A stretch of 62,861 nucleotides of DNA, filler included, from Octopus bimaculoides (lineage: Eukaryota), in assembly GCF_001194135.2 (NCBI RefSeq). It is 7 parts of 6 records of this genome, joined end to end, with 100 filler letters (N's around TTAATTAATTAA, not from the genome) between each part and the next. Parts side by side here need not be neighbours in the genome. Positions count along the whole stretch, not along the records: positions 1 to 27,337 come from NC_068997.1; 6 more parts are not named here. One strand, given 5' to 3'. Positions 9,858 to 22,478 of the stretch are shown here, one piece after another (the first letter of the stretch is position 1; each line of letters starts with the position of its first letter). The notes beneath the pieces were generated by a model. The model had not been told where the DNA came from, did not search any database, and worked only from the letters and a program-made list of their open reading frames with translations. A program made the position numbers and the translations under genes.

Positions 9858-12800
9858 AATATGTACGTATGCACATGTATACAAATATGTATGTATACAA
9901 ATACATATATGTATTTACCAGGCAGTTCTCTGCTAATTCTTCTTTAGATGGCACAGGCCATCTGCTGCCTGAATATGATACAAAGACACCTAATAGCTAT
10001 ATCCTCCTGACATATAAGATCTAAAATGTTCACAGTTGTGGTTGCAAAACTAGAGCCATTCAAGGCTTACTGGTCCTGATGGTAAACTAGTCATTGTTTT
10101 GAAATGATGAAGCCCTGAATTAGCCCCTCTTCTTTTGAAGTAGATCAGTTAGTCCTTCATCAGAAGAAAAATATAGGAGGAGAGTGAATGAGAAAAAAAT
10201 GGCTGCAAGAAGAGAAAATATGTGAATTGTGTATCTCAGTTTTTTAGAATAGATACATCGTACTCTCATGTAGCATAGAATGGAACTCAAAGGATTGGCT
10301 TCAAGAAGGGCATCCAACCATAAAACACTACTTCAAAAAGTCCCATCCAACATAAACCAGCATAGAAAAGCAGACTTACAAAACAGTGTGTGTGTGTGAG
10401 TACATGCATTTGTGTTTATATACCGGTATAAAATTGTATGTGATTTTACTATCAAAGGGAAGGTGACTCAAAAGAGTAAGAGACTGTAGCTGTGTGGTAA
10501 GAAGCTTGCTTCCCAACCATGTGGTTTCAGGTTCAGTCTCACTGCATAGTACTTTGGGCAAGTGCCTTGGGCCAACGAAAGCCTGATAAGTAGATTTGGT
10601 AGGCAGAAACTGAAAGAAGCCCTTTGTGCATGTGTGTGCATATAGTTCAAATTTACAGAAAACAAAAGACGAAGACAGGTAAAGGAACAACAAGCAGATG
10701 TATTAGTTTGACACTGGGAAAAAATGGAATATGTGTGTGTGTGTTTTGTCCCCCAACCACTGCTTGATAACAGGTGTTGGTCTTTGTACATTTCTGTATT
10801 TGAGCAATTTAATAAAAGAGACCAATAGAATAAATACCAGACTTAAAAAAAAAACAAACAAAAAAAACAACAGAAAATAAATACTGAGCTTGATGTATTT
10901 GACTAAACCCTTAAAGGCAGGGCCCCAGCATGGCCACAGTCCAATGGCTGTAACAAGTAAAAGAAAATGATAAAAATGAATACTGGACTAAATACTAGAA
11001 TTGTTGTCATCAACTAAAATCCTTGACTGTGACAGTGCCCCAGCATGGCCAAAACCCAACAACTGAAAGCAGTGAAAATAAAAGAAAGAAAATATCATAG
11101 AATCACCGTCAATGTGGTTCTGGTGTGGATTTACACAAACGGAAATGAGAAATATCTTTGTTTGGCACTTATCTTTCTCAAACCACAAATGCATGGACAG
11201 CAAACACAAAATCCATGATAGACTCAAACCAGAAGTTGACAAAGATGACGACAAAACCAGTGATTTTGACGGTGACTAATTCTTAAGGGAGGGCACTGAA
11301 TAAGAAACAGTCCATGTAAACAAAGTCTAGGAAAAGAATGGGTGGATGTCTTAATAATTGTATTGCATTTGATGCACAATACACATAGGGTGCAACTGAT
11401 ACTGCATCCAACCTAGCACATCCTAAAGCTGCACTCTTCACAGAATGCTCCCTGTCTCTCTCTTGTTTTTTGAGTGTATACATACATACATACATATGTA
11501 TGTATGTGTCATACATAGACACAGAGAAGGACAGTCTGCCATCTTATATCAATACATACATGTTACTCCACCTCAATTTTGTAAAGCAATTTAAAGTTTG
11601 CAGTTTAAATAAATAAACATACATACACACACACATATATATGTACATGCACACACACATACATCACATAAGCACACACAACCTTATATACAAAAATACA
11701 AAAATATGAAAGCACACATATAAATGTATGTATGATGAACATATACAGACACATGTGCATACCTAAGTGTGTGTATGCATGTGTATGTTTATATGTGTAA
11801 GTGTATATCTATCTGTCTGTCTGTCTTTCTTTCATCATTTAATGTCTGTTTTCCATGCTGGTATGTGTTGCAGGAGAGGATCCAGGAATTTTTTTTTTTT
11901 CTTTTGGCGGGTGTTGCCCAAAACAAATATAGCATCTGAAAATATCAACAAACGTAGCATGTGCACTCTAGAGGGCAGGTTGGGCAACACCTAGTAGGTC
12001 CAGCAACTATTCTAGTAAGAGTTGACACCCTTTTCCTTGACTGTTGCCTGAAAAACCTTGGTCCTGATTTTTTGGGGGTCCAGCTCAGCTCGAAAGGATG
12101 TTGCTCGGAAGAGCTAACTTGTTTGTTTTGGCATAGTTTCTACTGCTGGATGCCCTTCCTAATGCCAACCACTTTACTGAGTGTACTGCTTTTACACAGC
12201 ACTGGCACAGGTGCTTTTTACATGGCACCAGCACCCATAAGATTAGGAATGCTCGGCTGAAGAGGGATGCAGGGGACATGCCTGTATGCAAGGATGACCA
12301 CATATTTAGTGAGCTTGATGAGTCTTCCTTCTCGAGGACAGCAAACCACCAGAAGTCTCAGTCCCTGTCTACCTATCTGTGAGGCCCAGCATATGAAGAT
12401 CCTTACATATATGCATGTATGCCATGCGTTTGTGTGTGCATGTGCAACACACACTCTGAACTACCAACTCTACGATTGCACATAGATGATCTTCTGCAGT
12501 CTTGTATCTCTGGGCAATAGTCTTTCTTCTCCTCATCTTTCCTACTACTTCTATAATATCCCCTCTGCTTCCCTTAACAAACTAAGCTACATATTCTTCA
12601 CCCCACTTTCTGGAATGCCTCCCCTCCAACATTTACTTTTATCTTTCTGCTTAAAAATTTTGTTTTTGTTTTTGACTGCAGAACATCAAACATAATATAA
12701 TGATTGATACATGAAGAACTGTTTCAATGTTCATGCTGTAACATACCTTTGAGTAAATTATAAGTTTTTACTGCAAGGTGTAATTAAATTAAATCAAAAA

Positions 12801-13199
12801 CACTGACTGATTGTAAACAAATGTCTTTTAGGCAATCAGTTCATAGACAAAAAAGGGGGATCAACCTCATAAGTTTCAGTGCCTTTTGCTATTTCTTCAG
12901 GAACCAAGTACCTGACTTTTACTGTCCCCGAAGATTTTGTATCATTAGCCACTGGAATCAAGAGACTGAATTGGTATATATATAATTTTGCTTAATTACA
13001 CAGTTGGATAAAACCTTTGATTTACTCTAACACAAATTATAGCATCAAAATACACACTGCTTAATAAGTTTATACTTCATTAATTGAATTAGCAATCAGC
13101 AATTCATTATTTATGCAAATCAGAATCTCCAATTTTGTGAGGCTCCTAATTTCAACAGCTATAAGCAAAATGTCCATGAACAGGCAGAAATGGCACTTG

Positions 13200-13470
13200 A
13201 TTCCTGAATGGATCCCCAAAAGTGATTCCCTGTTTCAGTTCCTCTAGGCTTGTAGAAAGAGGCAAGGATATAGACCAGTCCTTTCACAAAGCCCCATGGA
13301 AAAAAATCCTAAGGTGTCAACTCAGGTGAACTTGGTGGCCATTTCAACAGCACACTGTCATTATCACTGGCACACCTGATCCAAGCTTAGTTATTACACA
13401 TTTTGTTAAAGTTTGAAATCATTTGGATGAGAACTGGCTACATTATTAGACTACAAAATGATGTACAACC
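13200..13470 (-). pseudogene. Tc1/mariner-superfamily transposase fragment
   Basis: AWIRCASDNDSVLLKWPPSSPELTP*DFFPWGFVKGLVY then frameshifted TSLEELKQGIT, matching the WPPRSPDLTPxDFFLWG motif. Confidence 0.85.
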
Positions 13471-14144
13471 TGTACAATAGGGTTTTATTATGACAGCAGT
13501 CATAAAGATTACTTCAACTTAGTCTCACATATTTAAACAAGACATAATTTGATTCATTAAGCTGATAATGTCAACTTCAACTCACAATCAACCATAATAT
13601 TTACAAACAGTTTTCTAATTATATAATAAAGTCTTGTTGCAAAGGGGAAACGCATAAATCTGCCATAAAAAAAAACAAAAAAACTTCTATTTTCTCCTCT
13701 GGCAAATCACGAATTGGTTTAGATATCAAATGTTAGTTGTTTTCTACATAACTCTAACCACTTTGTTTATACATAACATAGATCGCTTGGTCACAACAAG
13801 AAAACAATGATTAAACAAAAAGTTACACTGGAATCTAAGACATCTGGATTGAAATGTGAGATGATAATGATGACGATGATGATGAGACAGTAATAAAACA
13901 ACATTGGGTGATGGGAAAACGTGTGGCTGTGTGGTTAAGCTGTTGGGATCATGGTTATAAGATTACAATTTCTGAGTCAAGCAGTGCAATGTGTCCTTGA
14001 GCAAAGTATTTCATTTCACAAGAGGCACCCATGCTAGTGCCATGTATAAGGAACCTGTGCTGGTGCCTCGTAAAACATACTTGTGTTGGTGCCATTTATA
14101 AAACACCCAGTAGATTGTAAAGTGGTTTGTGTTAGGAAGGGCAT

Positions 14145-14279
14145 GCAGCTATAGAAACCATGCCAAAACAGACAATTGGAGCCTGGTGCAGCTATAGAAA
14201 CCATGCCAAAACAGACAATTGGAGCCTGGTGCAGCTATAGAAACCATGCCAAAACAGACAATTGGAGCCTGGTGCAGCT
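14145..14279 (+). repeat. Perfect 3x 43-bp tandem repeat inside an old SINE
   Basis: gcagctatagaaaccatgccaaaacagacaattggagcctggt at 14145, 14188 and 14231, plus a partial gcagct. Confidence 0.95.
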
Positions 14280-15607
14280 CTCTGGCTTGCCAGCTCCTGT
14301 CAAACCACCCAACCCATGCCAGCCTGGAAAACAGATGTTAAATGATGACAATGATGATGGTTGCTTCATTCTGGTCAAGTGAAAAGGGTACCAGACCAGC
14401 CAAGGGCTGGTGCAGTGCTCTCTCTTCCTCAATTATATTTTACTGGGTCAAGGGGAAGAGTGTTTATGACTATACAGGCACCTACAACAGTTAGTGAAAG
14501 CATGGCACATGCTACCAAGTCATTATTAGTCTTGAGTGATGGCCAGAACAGGATAGTGTATAAAAACTGGTGAGTTGTTTTATTTGAAAAAAAAAAGAAG
14601 GAAAGAAATCAATGTTTTTATCGTTATTATCATCATTTTCACCATCTTGCAGGAGGCTTTATGTGATAATTTGATCTGCTAGAAATAACAGCTACATCTC
14701 ATTTTGTTTGAAAATAAAATGGAATGGTCATGACTAATATGCTTTGATCACAGGTCTGTTTGGGGGCTTGGAAAAAAAGACAAAACAACAACAATGGTTA
14801 GATGAATATATGTATCAAGCATGTAAAAAAAAAACAAATATCAATAATATCTTTCCATTAAAAAATTCAATATTGAGAATTTATTACTTGCAGTCTACAG
14901 CCTGTCTGAGCTACCCTAATTATAGTGTGGATAATTCATAACATTTGAGTCAGCTCCTATTTGGTAGTTGCTGTGCTCCTTGACAGGATAGGAGACAAAA
15001 TCTCACTTGCTCATTTCATTTGGCATAGTTTCTATGGCTGGATACCCTTTCTAACAACGACCACTCAACAGATTGCATTACTGAGTGCATTTTATCAAGG
15101 CACCAATGCTACAGAGTTTATCATGTCCTTGGCAAGACTAGGACTTTTTATACCCTGCAGAATTATTGTTAGTTCACCAATGACTTTACAAAGTGTACAG
15201 GATAAATTTTATCATAGCACCTGCATAAGAGAGGTTGCCTTGTCCATTGCCAAACTAATGAATCCTCTATGTAAAGTTGTCTCTATTTTTTTTTTTTTGC
15301 AATGCAGTCATGACTGTGAAGGTGAATAGAAGAAAAAATAGTGTTCTGAGTATGATGAAGGAGGGAATTAGATTAAATAGAATGATATAGGAGGGGTAGT
15401 AGAAGAGTGGGATAGGCATTTACATATTAGGGGTAGACAGGCTGATGAAAGTGTAGAGGAGAGTAATGTAAGGCAGCAATGTGTAGAATGATCTCTTTTG
15501 ACAAGGAGTGATAAAAGAGGGAGTAATGTGAGAGAGAGTGAGGGTTGAAGATATAAAATGACAAGAGAGAATGTAGGATGGATAGAAAGAGAGATGAATG
15601 ATAGTAA

Positions 15608-15657
<50 letters not shown>

Positions 15658-16200
15658 TGGACATCAGTACAGAGTTTGAAAATATCTAGACCGAAGTAAA
15701 TAAATTCACAATAGATTAGGTACAATAGAGGACTGTTGAATGCCCTTAATAAAAGGAAGAGGCATCGCTGAGAAGAAAAGAAAATGGTTGATAAACTGAT
15801 CTCGTGCATCTGCAGACATGTAGAAATAATGAGCATTCTTAACGCCAAATATTGTCTCACAACAAACAAAACCTGTTTGTTTATCAAAGGAAACAGGAAG
15901 AGAAAATTATGGTAACAAGTTTCATTCACCTCTATCAAATTGTATCGAAACAAAAAGGATATAATAAAAGACAAATTGTAGTAGACAAAACAAAACAAAA
16001 CAAAAGCTTATAAATAAAAAGAAAAACAAAAGGATTTTGAAATAAAAGAAACTTCATTTTGAATTCCTTCTTTCTCACCTAACATGTTCTGCTACAATTA
16101 TTATGCGTCTTATTATTCGGTGACATTTCCGGAATGGATTAGAGTTCTTTATGATGCATAATTACAAGTGCAACAATTTCACTATTTTACTCTCTTTCAG

Positions 16201-16291
16201 AGACACAGAAACACAAAACAACGAAACACAATGGTTGGCTGGTTCATTTATCTTATTTCTTAAACGTCCCTAAAACTAAGTTGAAGATCAA
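16201..16291 (+). other. Candidate internal exon (coding status unknown)
   Basis: Acceptor ctattttactctctttcag| and donor |gtaagt, 91 nt. One frame is open (TQKHKTTKHNGWLVHLSYFLNVPKTKLKI) but unrecognised. Confidence 0.3.
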
Positions 16292-16555
16292 GTAAGTGCA
16301 AAATGATTCAAGTAATTCCATGCATGCAATTATGCTTATGTACCAGACAGTTTGTCTTATTCAAAGAATCAGAACTCAGAACTTTTCTCCAATTTCCTTA
16401 AAGATATGTGGACGAGACAGAAACTAAAAGTGTTTCCTTGGTATAAGACACTTGTTTGCTATGGGTTAACTTAAACAAGAAATGGTATTAAAATCAATAA
16501 TTTTGATGTATGAAAAAGGAATCCTGATATAAATTATTATTGTTATTATTATTTA

Positions 16556-16628
16556 GGTCACTGCCTGGAATTGAACTCGGAATCTTGGGGTTAGTAGCCC
16601 GCGCTCTTAACCACTATGTCATATGCCC
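16556..16628 (-). mobile_element. tRNA-derived SINE head (tRNA-like, not a functional tRNA)
   Basis: gggcatatgacatagtggttaagagcgcggg...gagttcaattccaggc with A and B boxes, poor acceptor stem, flanked by (AAT)n. Confidence 0.6.
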
Positions 16629-16723
16629 GGGCATATAACCTGACTAATAATAATAATAATAGTAACAATAATAACATTGGAAAATACCATAGGAATGAGA
16701 ACTCAGGTTCGAAAGTTCCCCAA

Positions 16724-16769
16724 GACACCTGATGAAGGTTGGAGGGTATATCAGCTGAAGCGTTGTGTT
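16724..16769 (+). ncRNA. Type-I hammerhead-like motif, probably inactivated (GAAA to GAAG)
   Basis: gacac CTGATGA a ggttgg agggtata tcagct GAAG CG TT gtgtt: 5-bp stem I, 6-bp stem II with G-U wobbles, stem III from (A)CGT palindrome. Confidence 0.65.
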
Positions 16770-17859
16770 AACAACAAACAAGATGAGGACAAATATCCGT
16801 CAAATGTAAATTATGTAAATAATGAAACTGTTATTAACAAAATGCAGTATAAAATAAACTTAACTTTGCCTGAAGTTAATGAGCTATGAAAGTTAAGAGA
16901 TGGAATTTTAAGTTTTTTTGAACTGGTCTCTGCTAAAGAAACCCACTACCAATAAAATGTGTCAAGTATCTTGACAAATATTAAAATACAACAATATTAA
17001 GTGACCTTGATGCCAAGTCCTCTCATCTAACAGTCGTTTACAATAAGATATCAGTTTATTGTAGTAATAAGAGAATATATGTATAAACATAGTTTATATA
17101 ATAGCATATATATAATTCATATCTACTAGAAATCAATACTTACTTACGGCACAAGTTTCAAGTGTGTTCTTAAGCCCCAGAAGACATTTATATACTATTT
17201 ATTGGGTTATCAGTTCAGATCTTAGAATAACAATATTGAAGTTGCCCTACCTGCCACAGAAATACAATAAGTTGAATGTGGCAATATGAGAAAAAAATAT
17301 TAAATATTTCTTCTCCCCAAAACAGGGCAATGACCTGATATATATTTACATATAGCTATTTGTAAGAAACTGTTTATACTTGCATGGCTTAATGTTTAGG
17401 GTGTTGTATTTATGGTCTTACAATTATGGTTCTGATTCTCAGACCAGATGGAGCATTATATTCTTGAGTAAAACACTTTGATTCACATAGTTCCAGTTCA
17501 CTCATCTGTAAATTAGTTCCAGCAATAACTGGAAGTTAACCCAGTGATCGACTTCAGGGGAAGCATTGTGATCTCATTCACTCAAATGCCATGGAAACCA
17601 GGTAACCAATCTTGTAAGTTCTGAGGCTCATGACAGACCTTACAGTTTACTGTTTATATGTCACCAGAACCATTGACATGCAATTAAAATTTACAAGCAG
17701 CTACAGCAGTTTGAATGCAATTAGTATTGATTATATGTAACATTAACTCTTTATATGAAACTATAATTGTTTGCATGCATCTATAAGCATTTAAATTAAA
17801 TAAAACCATTTAAATGCAGTTACACCTGTTCACATGCAGTTAAAATTGCTTGCATGGTT

Positions 17860-18180
17860 CCGTGGTTAGAGTGTTAAGCTTACAATCATGAGGTTGTGAG
17901 ATTGATTCCAGAACTGGGCTGTGTGTTGTGTTCTTGAGCAAGACACTTTATTTCACGTTGTTGCAGTTCACTCAGCTGTAGAAATGAGTTGTGATGTCAT
18001 TAGTGCCAAGCTGTATCGGCCCTCATGCTTTTCCCTTGGACAACATCAGTGGTGTGGAGAGGGAGGGATTGATATGCATGGGCAACTGCTGGTCTTCCAC
18101 AAATAACCTTGCCTGGACTTGTGCCTTGGAAGGGAGCTTTCTAGGTGCAATCTCATGGTCATTTGTAACCAAAGGGATCA
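17860..18180 (+). mobile_element. tRNA-derived SINE (third family)
   Basis: tggttccgtggttagagtg...gattgattcc head and ttcttgagcaagacactttatttcac core. Relatives near 13915, 19975, 6430(-) and 57280(-). Confidence 0.65.
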
Positions 18181-19485
18181 GTAGGAAGTAAAACTATTGA
18201 ACAAATGAGGGTTCACTCATAATAGTTTAATAATGCCAGACAAAATTTTCATTGAGATGTGGCATCAGTACTACTAAACGAGGAAACACTGAAGATGCTG
18301 CTTTAAAGTCAGGTGGAGATTATGGTTGAACAGGAAAGCCCCTAGGTAGTCGCTTGACCTGTTAGAAATAACAACCAAATCTCCCTCAGATTACACTATA
18401 GTGCCTCAAAAAATGAAGGACACATTGGGTAATGTAGTCCTAGATATAAAATGCTAGAAAGAACAGATAAGATGGTCATGATTAAAATGCCCTTTGATCA
18501 TAGTCCTGCTCTTTCAGACTTAACCTGAAGCTAAACAATAACATCAGGAACAACTGGGGTATTACAAAAAACAAAACAAACTAGCAAGATTGTTGCTGTT
18601 TAGCTCTAAGTCAAAAAACCTTAGGTTGATCAAGCATTTCAGCCATGACCAACTCATCTGTTTTTGTTTATTTTTGAGCATCATGTATTTAATACCACAT
18701 TAAGTAATGAAACCCTAGATTTTGACGATGTCAAGGTGTAATTTAAAGAAACTTTAGCTGCCATTTCTAGCAAGTTGAGACTTCCTTGTTGATTTGAAAT
18801 GAAATAAGCCAAACAACATTAATCAGCAAATCCACATCTTCATGAGACACGTGGACGTTAGAAAAAATGCAACACCTTAACCTACCTGAAGTAAAGATCA
18901 ATCACCCTTCAAATATTCCCATAAACAAACAGGTTCAACATTATTGTAAAAACACACGTCATAAACTAAACACAATATGTGAGAATTAGAATATAATAAC
19001 CATAAAAAATGAAATAAAGATTGACATTGAAAACAATAAGAGAATACACCAATTGTTTTGTAATTCCCACAGAGCCACTAAAATGACACACACATAAAAA
19101 TCATTATGACAATTGCACATACATGCATATTATCCTCTTTATAACCGTTTTCCTACCGTTACATATGTTTTGGACCTGAAGATGTGCATGTTTTCAAATC
19201 ACGTTTAATAACAGGACAACCCTTCCTACTAGGAAGCAATCATATCCTAGCACAAACAAAGCATTTAAATTTCTAAGTTTGATTCAACAAAAGCCATGAA
19301 ACTTTTTTCAAAGGAAAGACAGGTGCAGGCATGATTGTATGATAAAGAAACCTGCTTTGCAACCATGTGGTGTCATGTGTAGTTCCGCCATGTGACACCT
19401 TGGGTAGGTGGCGTCTACTATAGTCCCAGGTCGACCAATGCTTTGTGAGTGGATTCGGTAGACAGAAACTGTGTGGAAGTCAATC

Positions 19486-19519
<34 letters not shown>

Positions 19520-19538
19520 ATACAAACACACATACATG

Positions 19539-19582
<44 letters not shown>

Positions 19583-19634
19583 CACACACATACATACATA
19601 CATACATGCATACACACATATATATATATACACG

Positions 19635-19672
<38 letters not shown>

Positions 19673-19707
19673 NNNNNNNNNNTTAAGATCAATCTTATTT
19701 TTTTCAG

Positions 19708-19781
19708 AATATTTTAACAGTCGATCATATTGATTGCAGTACATGATCATTATTTCATTATTGGCCTCAGAGAGACAAAAG
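19708..19781 (+). other. Candidate non-coding exon
   Basis: Acceptor atcttatttttttcag| and donor AAG|gtaagg, 74 nt, stops in all three frames. Confidence 0.3.
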
Positions 19782-20395
19782 GTAAGGTAGAAGCTATTAT
19801 GATTTGAACCCATGATATAAAGACCCCAAAACACAAAAACAAATGTTGCATGCAATATTTTTGAAATGAATGACCCAACAAATTCATCACCCTCCATTAT
19901 TATTGTTTTCATTATTATTATTATTTTCATTATTATTATTATTACTCTACCTGTCTCGTTAAAGAATGTGAAAGCATGTAACTTAGTGGTTAGGGGATAT
20001 TCAGTTCATGATTATAAAGTCCAAAGTTCAATTCTTGGCAGTGCATCGTGTCCTTGAGCAAGGTGCTTTATTCCACATTGCTCCAGTTCATGCAGTTGGC
20101 AAAATTGAAGTGTACCTGTAAGTCAAAGGACTAGCCTTGTCACAATAGTCAACACTGAATCTCCCTGAGACCTACATTTAAGGTACACTCATTTGTGCAG
20201 TGCCCAGCTACTTGCATATTAACTTCATGGGCAGGCTGTAATGTTGATCAAACCAGCTGGTACCCTTGCCATCGTAACTGACAAAATTCTAGCTCAGTTT
20301 AGTAAAGGAGTTGATGAAATTGACTAACCCCACCACCTTCAGAGAATTACATAAATGTGGAAATGGGCTGTGCGTGAGAAGACCCGGCAAGCCAA

Positions 20396-20653
20396 GTAAG
20401 ATCGTTGCCAGTGCCCCTGGACTGGTTCTTGTGCGGTTGGCACATGAGATGCACCATTTTGAGCGTGGCCGTTGCCAGTACCGCCTGACTGGCTCCTGTA
20501 GGATTTTCGAGCGAGATCGTTGCCAGTGCCCCTGGACTGGCTTGTGCGGGTGGCACATAAAAGACACCATTTCGAGCGTGGCCGTTTTCGTGCGGGTGAC
20601 ACGTAAAAGCACCCACTACACTCTCTGAGTGGTTGGCGTTAGGAAGGGCATCC
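20396..20653 (+). mobile_element. SINE with internal ~55-bp tandem subrepeats, running into a gap
   Basis: Repeated gttgccagtrcc...gactggct...ggcaca...caccattt units followed by the tail seen at 1-168. Confidence 0.75.
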
Positions 20654-22093
20654 NNNNNNNNNNNNNNNNNNNNNNNNNNNNNNNNNNNNNNNNNNNNNNN
20701 NNNNNNNNNNNNNNNNNNNNNNNNNNNNNNNNNNNNNNNNNNNNNNNNNNNNNNNNNNNNNNNNNNNNNNNNNNNNNNNNNNNNNNNNNNNNNNNNNNNN
20801 NNNNNNNNNNNNNNNNNNNNNNNNNNNNNNNNNNNNNNNNNNNNNNNNNNNNNNNNNNNNNNNNNNNNNNNNNNNNNNNNNNNNNNNNNNNNNNNNNNNN
20901 NNNNNNNNNNNNNNNNNNNNNNNNNNNNNNNNNNNNNNNNNNNNNNNNNNNNNNNNNNNNNNNNNNNNNNNNNNNNNNNNNNNNNNNNNNNNNNNNNNNN
21001 NNNNNNNNNNNNNNNNNNNNNNNNNNNNNNNNNNNNNNNNNNNNNNNNNNNNNNNNNNNNNNNNNNNNNNNNNNNNNNNNNNNNNNNNNNNNNNNNNNNN
21101 NNNNNNNNNNNNNNNNNNNNNNNNNNNNNNNNNNNNNNNNNNNNNNNNNNNNNNNNNNNNNNNNNNNNNNNNNNNNNNNNNNNNNNNNNNNNNNNNNNNN
21201 NNNNNNNNNNNNNNNNNNNNNNNNNNNNNNNNNNNNNNNNNNNNNNNNNNNNNNNNNNNNNNNNNNNNNNNNNNNNNNNNNNNNNNNNNNNNNNNNNNNN
21301 NNNNNNNNNNNNTATATATGATGGGCTTCTTTCAGTTTCTGTCTACCAAATCTACTCACAAGACTTTGGCTGGCCTGAGGCTATAGTAAAAGACACTTGC
21401 CCAAGGTGCCATGCAGTGGGGCTGAACCTGGAACCAGGAGGTTAGGAAGCAAGCTCCTTATCACACACTTGTTCCTGCACCTAGGGGACAAGTTGAATAC
21501 ACTGATCCCATTATTTGACTGGTACTATATTTTATCGATCCTGAACGGATGAAAGGCAACGTTGACATCAGTGGCATTTGAACTCAGAATGTAAAGACCT
21601 GGAAGAAATGTCACAAGGTGTTCTAGCTGATGTGCTAATGATTCTTCCAGGTGATGACCTTGACCCTTTAGTATTTAAACCAGCCAGATCTGGCCCAAAT
21701 ATTTGACCAGTTTTATGTTCAATCCAGCCAGTTTGACCTCTCACACAGATCCTACATTGTCATTCTGAAAAGACAGAATCTCATCATTATAATCTTGTAA
21801 CAATGAGATAATGTATGATTAATTCAAACAACGAATAAATAAGGATTACATTTGACAGAGTAATCTGAATGTTAAAGGATTAAATGGAATCATACTGTCC
21901 CTAAAATTATATTTGGTGTGTCTGAAGGTGTGGAATTTAAAGAACCAAATTAGCTTTGTTACTATTTGTGCAAGTCAATCTGAAACAAAACTTGAAATGC
22001 AAATCTAGCATCTGTCACACCATTTTCCCTATTTTTGGCAGTGTACAAAGAGTTCAAAGAAAGATATGCACAGAACAATTTTTCTAAAACATT

Positions 22094-22478
22094 TGTTGTT
22101 GGCACTCCGTCGCTTACGACGTCGAGGGTTCCAGTTGATCCGATCAACTGAACAGCCTGCTCATGAAATTAATGTGCAAGTGGCTGAGCACTCCACAGAC
22201 ACGTGTACCCTTAACGTAGTTCTCGGGGATATTCAGTGTGACACAGTGTGACAAGGTTGACCCTTTGAATTACAGGCACAACAGAAACAGGAAGTAAGAG
22301 TGAGAGAAAGTTGTGGTGAAAGGGTACAGCAGGATTCACCACCATCCCCTGCCGGAGCCTCGTGGAGCTTTAGGTGTTTTCGCTCAATAAACACTCACAA
22401 CGCCCGGTCTGGGAATCGAAACTGCGATCCTATGACCGCGAGTCGACTACCCTAACCACTGGGCCATTGCGCCTCCAC
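22094..22478 (-). mobile_element. Full-length young tRNA-derived SINE
   Basis: Head gtggaggcgcaatggcccagtggttaggg...gtttcgattccc and (CAA)n tail. Copies at 39740-39905(+), 42455-42725(+), 43314-43615(+) and 53510-53829(-). Confidence 0.88.

Noticed and set aside
10140-10170. CTGATGA on the minus strand (also near 41601)
   Set aside because: No properly placed GAAA, stem III and stem I; expected by chance.
12836-12951. Minus-strand terminal-exon candidate (ANDTKSSGTVKVRYLVPEEIAKGTETYEVDPPFLSMN*)
   Set aside because: Short, unrecognised, no partner exon or polyA signal; chance-level length.
14145-14279. CRISPR-like array
   Set aside because: Direct repeats with no spacers, inside a SINE, in a eukaryotic context.
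16556-16628. Functional tRNA gene
   Set aside because: Poor acceptor and anticodon stems with microsatellite flanks; fits a SINE head.
17148-17250. Minus-strand exon-like unit (cag|...|gtaagt)
   Set aside because: Stops in all frames and no supporting neighbours on that strand.
20289-20628. Overlapping ~100-aa ORFs with repeated motifs
   Set aside because: They derive from the GC-rich internal tandem repeats of a SINE.
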